Positions 8,020 to 16,334 of a stretch of DNA of 36,064 bases are shown here, one piece after another. Every line of letters begins with the position of its first letter. Position 1 is the first letter of the stretch. The notes beneath the pieces were generated by a model. It saw only the letters and a list, made by a program, of their open reading frames with translations. It was not told the DNA's origin and did not search any database. Source of the DNA: a bacterium (GTDB lineage: Bacteria; Patescibacteriota; Minisyncoccia; Phycocordibacterales; UBA5272); NCBI GenBank assembly GCA_027482685.1, contig JAIXVU010000003.1, positions 1 to 36,064 on the forward strand, in the 5' to 3' direction. The translations under genes and the position numbers were made by a program.

Positions 8020-9864
8020 CTATCCCCCATTACTAATAATATCCATGATTGGATTGCTAGAAGGATCTACCTGTCTAGTGAGTTCAACACACCTTCCATA
8101 TAATGATTCGAAACGATTACCTGCACCTATATCCCCGCTCGTCGTTGAGTTAATTCTCTCTAATTGCCCCATACGTATCGCGGCTGTTGTTGGTGTTGGC
8201 AAATCTCGAGTATCAACCTGATCTTGATAGTTAGTAAAGATATCATTAATTTCTTGTGAGGAATTTGAAGCTGTTACCCTGGCCTGTGTCTGAGTGACAA
8301 GATCACGCCCCTCAGATATTTTTATTCTATCTTGTTCAAGTATAGCTAGAACGGTATCTAATTTTTCTTTACGATCTTTAAGGAGATCAAGAGCACTCAT
8401 TACCTCTCTGTTATTTGCCATATCTGGAGAGATTCTAATGAGATTATCAAAACAAGTTTGTACATCTGCTAATATTTGTCCATATGATTTACCATCATCT
8501 CTAACAGGTCCACTAAGACGATTAGTATAGTCTTCATTAAGATCCTCTAGCTCATTTATTGCATCGGTAGTTGTTCTAAGCATTCTATTGATCGGGTTTA
8601 CAAGACCGTTTCTTGCAGAGGGGTCGTTACCTAGAAGGTCTTGGGTATAGACACGATTAGTAACTTGAGTAGTCGGTCTGTTTACCACTGGTGCATTACC
8701 TCCACTTGTGCCTACCCCTCCGCTTCCTGCTTGTGTAAATCCTTGATTTCCAAAGTATGAGATATTTGCCTGCGCTGCTGTCCCTCCTGCGTCGTTTGTA
8801 TTTCGGATTGCATTTACCGCAGAGTTAGATAAATATCCAAATATTGCGCCTCCAAGTAACGATGCAAAACCATCAGGCCCTAAGTTGGTGAGTCTGTCTA
8901 TTCCAGAAGTGAGTGATCTGCTAACTGATACACTTACTTGTCCGCTTGATGCTTCGTTCTCATACTTAAGACATGGCCCTTCTATAGGAGCATAGTCATT
9001 TGCTGCACTTCCTGCAATAGCAGGCCCTCTTTCTATACATCTACGTAGACTACTCACCCCTTGTCCTCGATCAAGATCTGCTTTTGCGGCAAGCTCTGCT
9101 TTTTCTTGTGCACGATTAGCAGCATCAGCTGCACGCATATTCCTTGCAAAATCGTTCTGACCACTTGCAATAAGTAGGATACCATCAGTGCCTGTGAGTT
9201 CTGGGCGTGCTTGGTTGAGTGCTTCTAGTCTGGCTGCGGTGGCTTGGTCAGTCCTTGGGCTGTTCACACAAAAAGAATCATAGAGTTGCGCAACGCGGTT
9301 CTGTATTTGTCCTGGTTGAACGAACCCTTCACTTCGTGCGAGCTCGTTGAGTTTTTCTTGGGTACAGGTTGATCTTTGAATAAGCAGAGCTGTTTCGTTG
9401 GTTGTAATTCTTGATAGTTCTTGCGAAAGATCGCCTTGCCCACGAACACTACTAACTACAGCGTTGAAAACACTTTGACTCACCCTATCTCCAGTATTAA
9501 TTTGTATACCGCCACGTACAGCTTCTAGCCCAAGGTTTCTGACGTATTGTTCTGGCTGAGTGATAATAGTTGAATTACCCTGAAAGTTCCCTCGCGCCCA
9601 GTTATTGATATCACGAGCTGCTTGCTGTTGTGCTCCGGTTATCATCGCGGCTAAAACAGGATTGCCAAGGTTATTCTTTGCAGTATTGATGGTGGTCTGT
9701 ACTGCGGTTATTCTCTCTGTGGTACCGGATAAGTAAAGTTGTACTCTATTAAGTACTTGAGTGAACTCTGTAGATCCACCAAATGGTCCTCCTGCATATG
9801 CCGGCGACGTGGTAAGGATAAACGCAAGTGATGTGATAACAAAAAGATGAGTAATATACTTCAT
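8020..9864 (-). CDS. Secreted helical protein (614 aa) with TrbJ/VirB5-like N-terminus
   Basis: Signal peptide ending AYA, then GGPFGGSTEFTQVLNRVQL, which resembles the N-terminal (A/S)TE.TQ..N..QL motif of P-type TrbJ. Paired Cys residues and coiled-coil C-terminus. Directly upstream of the VirB6/TrbL-like gene. Confidence 0.55.
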   Translation of the reverse strand: MKYITHLFVITSLAFILTTSPAYAGGPFGGSTEFTQVLNRVQLYLSGTTERITAVQTTINTAKNNLGNPVLAAMITGAQQQAARDINNWARGNFQGNSTIITQPEQYVRNLGLEAVRGGIQINTGDRVSQSVFNAVVSSVRGQGDLSQELSRITTNETALLIQRSTCTQEKLNELARSEGFVQPGQIQNRVAQLYDSFCVNSPRTDQATAARLEALNQARPELTGTDGILLIASGQNDFARNMRAADAANRAQEKAELAAKADLDRGQGVSSLRRCIERGPAIAGSAANDYAPIEGPCLKYENEASSGQVSVSVSRSLTSGIDRLTNLGPDGFASLLGGAIFGYLSNSAVNAIRNTNDAGGTAAQANISYFGNQGFTQAGSGGVGTSGGNAPVVNRPTTQVTNRVYTQDLLGNDPSARNGLVNPINRMLRTTTDAINELEDLNEDYTNRLSGPVRDDGKSYGQILADVQTCFDNLIRISPDMANNREVMSALDLLKDRKEKLDTVLAILEQDRIKISEGRDLVTQTQARVTASNSSQEINDIFTNYQDQVDTRDLPTPTTAAIRMGQLERINSTTSGDIGAGNRFESLYGRCVELTRQVDPSSNPIMDIISNGG

Positions 9865-9873
9865 AAATAAAAG

Positions 9874-10782
9874 TTAATTTGTAACAGGTACCCTTCTCTC
9901 TGTGAAAGGAACACCAACCGCCTTGAAGTAATCATCAAAACGAAGTAGTGATTTTGCGACTAGGTCAACAGTGTTTTGGTACTGACGTGCCACAAGGGTA
10001 CTACGGACTGGATCGGTATCAACCGCAGAAAGCCCCTCTAAGGTTGTTTTATAGGCAGAAAGTCGATTAAGAGCGGTAAGGTGTAAGGTAACAGCAGAGC
10101 GGGGTACGGTTGTTGCAAGCATCTTCTTGATAATTGTATCTACTTGCCCCGCTTTTTTCTTAAGAGGTAAAAGATCTTTTGAGTTTTTTGAGGTGTTGTA
10201 TGTTCCCACTATCTCCAAATCACCATCTGCAAAGTTATAGGATGCTGCTTGTGTTGCGATACCTGCAATCGTATCTCTGTATGTAATGAGAGAGGCACGA
10301 TCTTCTTTTGTTGAGACGGTAAGGTCTTTTTCTGTATAGAGTTTGATCGCTATCTTTGAAGCCTCAGCATCAAGTAGTCCGTTAATAGTATCCTGTTGTG
10401 TCGCTGGGTCGGTGATATTATTTTGTTTCATGTATGCAGTTGTGACATATACATTCTTAGCAAACGATGAAGTCAGGTTGTTAGGATCATCTAGTCGCGC
10501 CCGATCTTCTTTTGATACAGGTGACTGTTCTTTGGTTGTGTTTACTGTAGCGTCACTTTCTTTGTAGGTTTGTTGCAGTAGTGTTTTCCAATCAGGTGCA
10601 CCATCGTTGTTGTTATCACGTGCAATCGTCTTGAAGCTCTCAACGGTTACGATATTTAGAGGTGTATAGACCGGTGTTACTTCCTTTACACCGAACCATG
10701 ATGCTGGTATAAACGTGGTGGCAATAACAAGTATAACGAGCAACCCAAGCCCTACAAGTGGTATCGATACTTTTTCTTCCAT
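9874..10782 (-). CDS. Membrane-anchored protein with a Dx[DN]xDG-type putative Ca-binding motif; first gene of the T4SS-like cluster
   Basis: N-terminal TM helix, DNNNDGAPDW motif, helical C-terminal domain. TATACT lies 6 nt upstream of the ATG. Confidence 0.65.
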   Translation of the reverse strand: MEEKVSIPLVGLGLLVILVIATTFIPASWFGVKEVTPVYTPLNIVTVESFKTIARDNNNDGAPDWKTLLQQTYKESDATVNTTKEQSPVSKEDRARLDDPNNLTSSFAKNVYVTTAYMKQNNITDPATQQDTINGLLDAEASKIAIKLYTEKDLTVSTKEDRASLITYRDTIAGIATQAASYNFADGDLEIVGTYNTSKNSKDLLPLKKKAGQVDTIIKKMLATTVPRSAVTLHLTALNRLSAYKTTLEGLSAVDTDPVRSTLVARQYQNTVDLVAKSLLRFDDYFKAVGVPFTERRVPVTN

Positions 10783-10839
10783 TGTACAAGTATACCGTGA
10801 CTAACTAGTCTTGGAAGATAGTTATACACCGTATGGCGA

Positions 10840-12282
10840 TTATTTTGAGATACGCAATATCTCATCTTGAGATATTTTATAGACCCCACTATCAACATCA
10901 TCATCTTTGTCGGTATAAAGAGTGTCGATTATTTTTCCATGAGGGGAGATAATGTATGAAGGTAGCCCATTTACGCTTCCTACAAATGGTGTACGTAGTT
11001 GGGCAGCCGCAACTTTACTAAATGAACGTAAATGTGCATCGTAGATTGCACTTTTTTTGAACAGTCCAAGGTATGCTTGATGTATGATAATGTCAGGTTT
11101 TTCTTTGCCAAGACGCCGTACTGTCTCAAACGATACTATCTCCGAACACAGAAGTGTCCCTATTCGCACTCCATTGTAGAGATAGGTACGAGGTAGAAAT
11201 ACTGGAGCATAGGTGTGGTTTTTAGTAAACAATGCTAACTCTTCTTTATTAATAAAATGACGAAACACCGGCATAAAAAGAGATGGAATGTATTCATTAA
11301 ATGGGAACATGAATTGTTTATGAGCTTGAATAGGTGATGGTACCCCTTTTTTATAGAATATGCTGACATTTGAAAGCTTTCCTTCATATGTGATGGTGTC
11401 CCCATCAACAAAAAGTACGCCAGGTAAGCGAGTGTGTAGCTGTTCACCAATTTGCCCAACAAGATATTTTGTAAACTGTGAGTCTTCTGGCAGGGCTATG
11501 ATATCTGGTCGATTATGGGTGAGTGATTCTAGGGAACGATAAAGAATCGCAAAATATTTTGCAAAATCTTCGTTGACATTATCCCCTCGTTTCGTCATAG
11601 AAAACATGGTCGATACTGTGCCTATAGTGACAGGGTCTTTTGGACCACGAACTGGTATCAAATAGTGTATACAGATAAGGCCTATAATCATGATAATAAA
11701 AGGCGTATAATATATCTTTTTGTACGGCGCAACAAGAATATATTTGATAGTGGTAAGTGATATACCCACAAGAAATGTAAGCATATATGCACCACCGAAG
11801 TATGCATACTCGATAAATGGTGTTACCGATAACGCGTTTCCGATAGTCTCCCCACTCCAGTGAAGTCCAATCCACCCACCATTACCAGAAAGTATGAAGG
11901 ATATAAGAAATGAGCGTAGTATCTCTGCAAGTGTAAGTGTTACACCAAATATGAACACTTGTGCCCACCAAACTAGTGTGTGTATTTGCTTTATGATAAA
12001 GAATAAAGACACCACACTATATGCGCCTGCACACACAATACCAATAATAAGATTAAACAAAAATAATCCAAGTAGCTGCAGTGCCCCCTCCTCAAGCCAC
12101 GGTATCGGATACGCGGTATACGGAAGACAAAATGCAAACATTCCAAAAAGCAAACCAAAGACAGACCATATTAGAAGAGTCTTTTTTTTAGAGTGGTGGT
12201 ATTTATGCGATAGCGTAAGAGCATACCACAATGACCCTATGGTGATGAACGAGTAGCAATACTCAAGGAAAGCTCCAGCCAT
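10840..12282 (-). CDS. lnt: Apolipoprotein N-acyltransferase-like protein (TM domain plus nitrilase fold)
   Basis: Multi-TM N-terminal half with 'EILRS' and 'YFGGAYMLTF'. Glu-Lys-Cys triad motifs ALPED, HKQFMFPFNEYIP, LLCSEI, and SVNGLPSYIISPHGKI. The start is uncertain (46-nt overlap with rsmA). Confidence 0.8.
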   Translation of the reverse strand: MAGAFLEYCYSFITIGSLWYALTLSHKYHHSKKKTLLIWSVFGLLFGMFAFCLPYTAYPIPWLEEGALQLLGLFLFNLIIGIVCAGAYSVVSLFFIIKQIHTLVWWAQVFIFGVTLTLAEILRSFLISFILSGNGGWIGLHWSGETIGNALSVTPFIEYAYFGGAYMLTFLVGISLTTIKYILVAPYKKIYYTPFIIMIIGLICIHYLIPVRGPKDPVTIGTVSTMFSMTKRGDNVNEDFAKYFAILYRSLESLTHNRPDIIALPEDSQFTKYLVGQIGEQLHTRLPGVLFVDGDTITYEGKLSNVSIFYKKGVPSPIQAHKQFMFPFNEYIPSLFMPVFRHFINKEELALFTKNHTYAPVFLPRTYLYNGVRIGTLLCSEIVSFETVRRLGKEKPDIIIHQAYLGLFKKSAIYDAHLRSFSKVAAAQLRTPFVGSVNGLPSYIISPHGKIIDTLYTDKDDDVDSGVYKISQDEILRISK

Positions 12283-13016
12283 GTAGGAAGTGTAACATCC
12301 TCAGCTCGTATGGTAGAAGGTATGCCAAGTTCTTCAAATAAGTTTTTTATAGCAATGTGGGTGAACTTTTGTTGCAAATTAGAGACAAGAAATTTTCTTT
12401 TATGAGCAAAGCCAGCTTTTATGGTAGCGAAAAATAATTCTTCGTGATATTGATGTCGAAAGGTATGCCGTGAAATATTTTCTATTGCAAGTACTGCGCT
12501 ATCAACCGTCGGAGCTGGGTTAAAGCTTCCTTTGTTAACACGGCAAACAAGTTTTGGGTTGCCGTAGCATTTTACCGATAGTGAGAGAATTGATTCTTTG
12601 CCATCACGGGCTACAATTCTTTCGGCGACTTCTTTTTGTACTAGCACTACCATACATGTTGGCTGGTGTGCGTGCGAGAGATATCGCGAAAGTATAGCGC
12701 CTGTGATGTAATAGGGAATATTAGCAATAAGTTTGTAAGGTGTATGCGGTGGTTCGTAGGTAAGCGCATCCCCTTCGACAAGAGTAAGGTTGCTGTAGGA
12801 TGCGAAAGTCTCTCTAAGAAGAGGTAAGAGATCGTTGTCTTTTTCAAGAGCAATAACTGATGCTTTTGTCTCAAGTAGTCCCTCTGTGAGAAATCCCCTC
12901 CCTGGCCCTATCTCAAGAACAGTATCAGCAGGCGTTAGGTTCCCTGCTTCTATTATTTTGATACGGGCAGGTACTGATGTAAGAAAGTTTTGACCAAGAG
13001 ATTTTTTTGCTTGCAT
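12237..13016 (-). CDS. rsmA: 16S rRNA m6(2)A dimethyltransferase RsmA/KsgA
   Basis: AKKSLGQNFL, VLEIGPGRG, ANIPYYIT, QKEVAERI, FNPAPTVDSAV, AHKRKFL, RAEDV. Confidence 0.97.
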   Translation of the reverse strand: MQAKKSLGQNFLTSVPARIKIIEAGNLTPADTVLEIGPGRGFLTEGLLETKASVIALEKDNDLLPLLRETFASYSNLTLVEGDALTYEPPHTPYKLIANIPYYITGAILSRYLSHAHQPTCMVVLVQKEVAERIVARDGKESILSLSVKCYGNPKLVCRVNKGSFNPAPTVDSAVLAIENISRHTFRHQYHEELFFATIKAGFAHKRKFLVSNLQQKFTHIAIKNLFEELGIPSTIRAEDVTLPTWLELSLSIATRSSP

Positions 13017-13020
13017 GTGT

Positions 13021-13932
13021 TTACTCTAGCATATTTCGGTGTAGTGTCCCTTTTTTCCATATAATTGCCTCAAGATAGTAGTGCATTAACGATAAGAAGA
13101 GAGCAACTGCAAAGAAAAGAGTGACGCTATACCACATAAGCAAGTAGCCTACCCCAATACATATACCAGGAAGAACAATAACAATATAGCGAGGGTGTAT
13201 ATGTAGCAACGAATAGATTCTATTGTTATTTTTTTGTTGTTGGTAGTTTGTATCATGAGCTGTATATACAGCAAAGGCTGACGTGTCATGTGTAAAAACA
13301 AGCATGAGAATACCAACTGCATAGTATCCAAACAAAATACACACAGATGCAAGTATGATGATTGCTGATGAGGTAATAACATAGGTATCACGCTTTGCAA
13401 AGTACACACTAGTTATAATAAAAACAATAAGCGAGATAATCCCAGCACCTTGTAAGTATATGGTAATTTCACGCGGAACATATGCAAACCCTTCGCCTCC
13501 TACTGATAATGCAAGTGTGATAGATGTGATAACTCCCGAGATGCTCCATATACGTGTAACAAACGTGTTATGAAGATAACGTCTACATAATCCAACCTGT
13601 TGTCTAGAAAAATGATACAAGGTGTATCCAATAAAAAAGTAAACAAGGAGTGACGGTGCAAATAGCATAAACACCGCGATGATGCTTAGCGTGATGATAA
13701 TCGCATGTATAATCGGTTGCTTATAGTACACTAGATATTCTTTGTTTGCGTACGATACAAATGATGCAATAATATGAGGAAGTCCAAAGAGTATATGATA
13801 CCAGGCAAATACTGTAGGACTTTGAGGTAGCAATGTCTTCAGATATCCTTGTAGAACAAGCAGGTCAACTATAACCACAAGAAAGAAAGACAGTGCGATG
13901 TAGTTGATAGCAGAGAGTGTTTTTATCGGCAT
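13021..13932 (-). CDS. Polytopic membrane protein with several His-containing motifs; function unknown
   Basis: About 9 hydrophobic helices. Motifs FGLPHIIAS, YHFSRQQVG, THDTSAFAVYTAHD, HYYLEAIIWK. TATACT lies 6 nt upstream of the ATG. Confidence 0.7.
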   Translation of the reverse strand: MPIKTLSAINYIALSFFLVVIVDLLVLQGYLKTLLPQSPTVFAWYHILFGLPHIIASFVSYANKEYLVYYKQPIIHAIIITLSIIAVFMLFAPSLLVYFFIGYTLYHFSRQQVGLCRRYLHNTFVTRIWSISGVITSITLALSVGGEGFAYVPREITIYLQGAGIISLIVFIITSVYFAKRDTYVITSSAIIILASVCILFGYYAVGILMLVFTHDTSAFAVYTAHDTNYQQQKNNNRIYSLLHIHPRYIVIVLPGICIGVGYLLMWYSVTLFFAVALFLSLMHYYLEAIIWKKGTLHRNMLE

Positions 13933-13990
13933 GATATAAGTATACTCATATGCTTACAGTAATACAGTAAGCAAAGATGTCACACTTCTT

Positions 13991-15922
13991 TTATATATAC
14001 ACCACCCCTCCCCCACTTTCTTTATAGTACAGGTCATGAAGCTCTTCTATTTCTTCTGGGACATCTTCTAGGAATTCACTCGGTGCGTTAATTTGTTTTT
14101 GTCCAAAGATAGTGCGAAGTTCTGCATAGCATAAGTAAAGGTGTTTACGGGCGCGCGTAACCGCAACATAGAAAAGCCTTCTTTCCTCCTCCTCTTCTTC
14201 TTTAGTTTGTTTATTGCTTCCGATTTTTTTGTGTGGGAAGAGATCATGCTCAAGGCCTACAATAAACACATACTCAAACTCAAGACCCTTACTTGCATGC
14301 ACTGTCATTAACCTCACACCGTTTTTTTCTTTTGTATCGTTATCTTGATCTGATTGAAGAGATGTCTCTTCTAAGAATTGATCAATAATATCTTTACCCA
14401 CTACGTTATCATAACGTATTGTGAGAGACACAAGTTCACGAGCGTTCTCTAAGCGCTCCCTGTCATCTGATGAGCCGTCTAACATCTCTTTTTCCATACC
14501 GGAATCTATGATGATGGTTTGAATAACATGTGAAAGTGGCTCAGTCTCAAGGAGTTCAACAATTTTATCTAAAAATGTGTAGACAGAATGTATCTGTACC
14601 TCAGCTTTTTTTGGAAGCTCCTCGCCTGCGAATAATTTTGCAAGCGTTACTTTTCCTATTCCGCGTTTTGGTGTTTCAAGGACGCGACGAATATCAGGCT
14701 GTGACGCACGGTTAAGCGCAGCGCGCAGATAGCTCATCACGTCTTTTATTTCTTTTCGCTCAAAGAACTTGGTACCAAGTAGATTATACGTTACGTTAGC
14801 TCTAATAAAAGCCTCTTCTAATACTCGTGATTGGAAGTTAGCTCGATACAGCACTGCTATAGTTTCCCCTCGTACCCCTGTATCAATAAGTCTCTTACAT
14901 TCCTTTGCAACACACTCAGCTTCACTCTCCTCATCCCATGAGGGCATGATATCAATCTTGTCTCCAGCGCCTTCCTTTGTAAAAAGATTCTTGTCGTTAC
15001 GAACAGTATTTTTCTTAATAGCAACATTAGCCAGCGTTAAAATGTTTCCTGTTGAGCGGTAGTTCTCTTCAAGGAGTACTGTATATGTACCTGGAAAGTC
15101 CTTCTCAAAGTTCATAATATTGCGTAAGTTCGCCCCTCTCCAGCTATAGATATTTTGGTCAGTGTCTCCCACAACACAAATATTATTAGTTTCTTTATTC
15201 ACAAGAAGTTTGACGAAGGCATACTGTGAACCGTTAGTATCCTGATACTCATCAACGTGGACATACTTGAAACGTTTCTGGTAGAACTTTCGCACGTCTT
15301 CGTTTTCCTCAAGTAACATTACAGCACGCACAATGAGGTCATCGAAATCAAGAGCGCGCTGCTTACGCAGTTCTTCTTCGTAGATTCTCCACACACTTGC
15401 GACGATATCCATCTGAGAGGTTACAACTTTTTCACGGTACTTGGTAAGCGTTGTGAAGTCCCCTTTCTCACGACTAATAATTCCTCGGATTTTAGATGGG
15501 TCGTTAATCTTCGGATCAAGAGAGAGCATCTCAAGAGCACGTTTGATAATAGAGAGCGTGTCTGACTGGTCAAGAATAGTTGGGTGTGCGTGCAGTCCTA
15601 GATGCATGTATTGCTCTTTGATTATCATTAGTCCAAGAGAATGGAATGTCTTAATGACCGGCGTATGATGAAATGGATTCTCGTGTTCTATAATATGCTC
15701 TTCCTCAAGCCTGTTTACGATACGTTCACGCATTTCCTTCGCAGCTTTATTAGTGAATGTTACTGCAAGGACATTACGTGGATCGGTACCTTTTTTTATT
15801 ATGGTTACAATACGCTCTGTGATAGTTTTTGTCTTTCCAGCTCCAGCGCCAGCTAGGATAAGAAGAGGGCCTTCGGTATGCTCACTTGCTTCACGCTGTT
15901 TGTCGTTTAAGGTAACACTCAT
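13991..15922 (-). CDS. pcrA: ATP-dependent DNA helicase PcrA/UvrD (SF1A)
   Basis: AGAGAGKT, TFTNKAA, TFHS, VDEYQDTN, VGDTDQNIYSWRGA, LEENYRS, TVHASKGLEF, EERRLFYVAVTRAR. Confidence 0.96.
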   Translation of the reverse strand: MSVTLNDKQREASEHTEGPLLILAGAGAGKTKTITERIVTIIKKGTDPRNVLAVTFTNKAAKEMRERIVNRLEEEHIIEHENPFHHTPVIKTFHSLGLMIIKEQYMHLGLHAHPTILDQSDTLSIIKRALEMLSLDPKINDPSKIRGIISREKGDFTTLTKYREKVVTSQMDIVASVWRIYEEELRKQRALDFDDLIVRAVMLLEENEDVRKFYQKRFKYVHVDEYQDTNGSQYAFVKLLVNKETNNICVVGDTDQNIYSWRGANLRNIMNFEKDFPGTYTVLLEENYRSTGNILTLANVAIKKNTVRNDKNLFTKEGAGDKIDIMPSWDEESEAECVAKECKRLIDTGVRGETIAVLYRANFQSRVLEEAFIRANVTYNLLGTKFFERKEIKDVMSYLRAALNRASQPDIRRVLETPKRGIGKVTLAKLFAGEELPKKAEVQIHSVYTFLDKIVELLETEPLSHVIQTIIIDSGMEKEMLDGSSDDRERLENARELVSLTIRYDNVVGKDIIDQFLEETSLQSDQDNDTKEKNGVRLMTVHASKGLEFEYVFIVGLEHDLFPHKKIGSNKQTKEEEEEERRLFYVAVTRARKHLYLCYAELRTIFGQKQINAPSEFLEDVPEEIEELHDLYYKESGGGVVYI

Positions 15923-15957
15923 TGTGAGTAAGAGTGTAGCATATTACGATATGACGT

Positions 15958-16024
15958 TGCCGCCCATGCAAAATACATACAGCGAAGCCAAAGGCTTCGC
16001 TGTATGTATTTTGCATGGGCGGCA
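15958..16024. repeat. Perfect 32-bp inverted repeat with a 3-nt spacer
   Basis: tgccgcccatgcaaaatacatacagcgaagcc-aaa-ggcttcgctgtatgtattttgcatgggcggca (arms 15958-15989 and 15993-16024). Confidence 0.97.
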
Positions 16025-16028
16025 CACC

Positions 16029-16319
16029 CTACACATCTTTCTTAAACGCTTCAGTTACTTTGAGCCTTGCTTTATCAAAGAGTTCTGCATGGTTTGGCAC
16101 AAGATGTTTAAGTGTTGTTGAGTAGAAGTCTTCCCCCATTGCAACACTTGATTGTAGGGCTTTCCAGTTAGCTTCGGAAAGAGAGTCATAGACATCGAAA
16201 AGAAATTGCTTTTGTATAGTCTTTGCAATTTCAAAGAGCATCTCATCCTGCTCATGGTCTGGTAAAGCAGTTAAGTTAAAATCTTTTACCAATGTCTCAC
16301 GAAGTGTTTGGAAGTCCAT
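16029..16319 (-). CDS. Small helical hypothetical protein (96 aa), possibly DUF5663-like
   Basis: 'LVKDFNLTALPDHEQDEML' resembles small CPR-associated helical proteins as recalled. Starts 15 nt downstream of the 1285-aa gene. Confidence 0.6.
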   Translation of the reverse strand: MDFQTLRETLVKDFNLTALPDHEQDEMLFEIAKTIQKQFLFDVYDSLSEANWKALQSSVAMGEDFYSTTLKHLVPNHAELFDKARLKVTEAFKKDV

Positions 16320-16334
16320 AAATGTATGTTGTGA

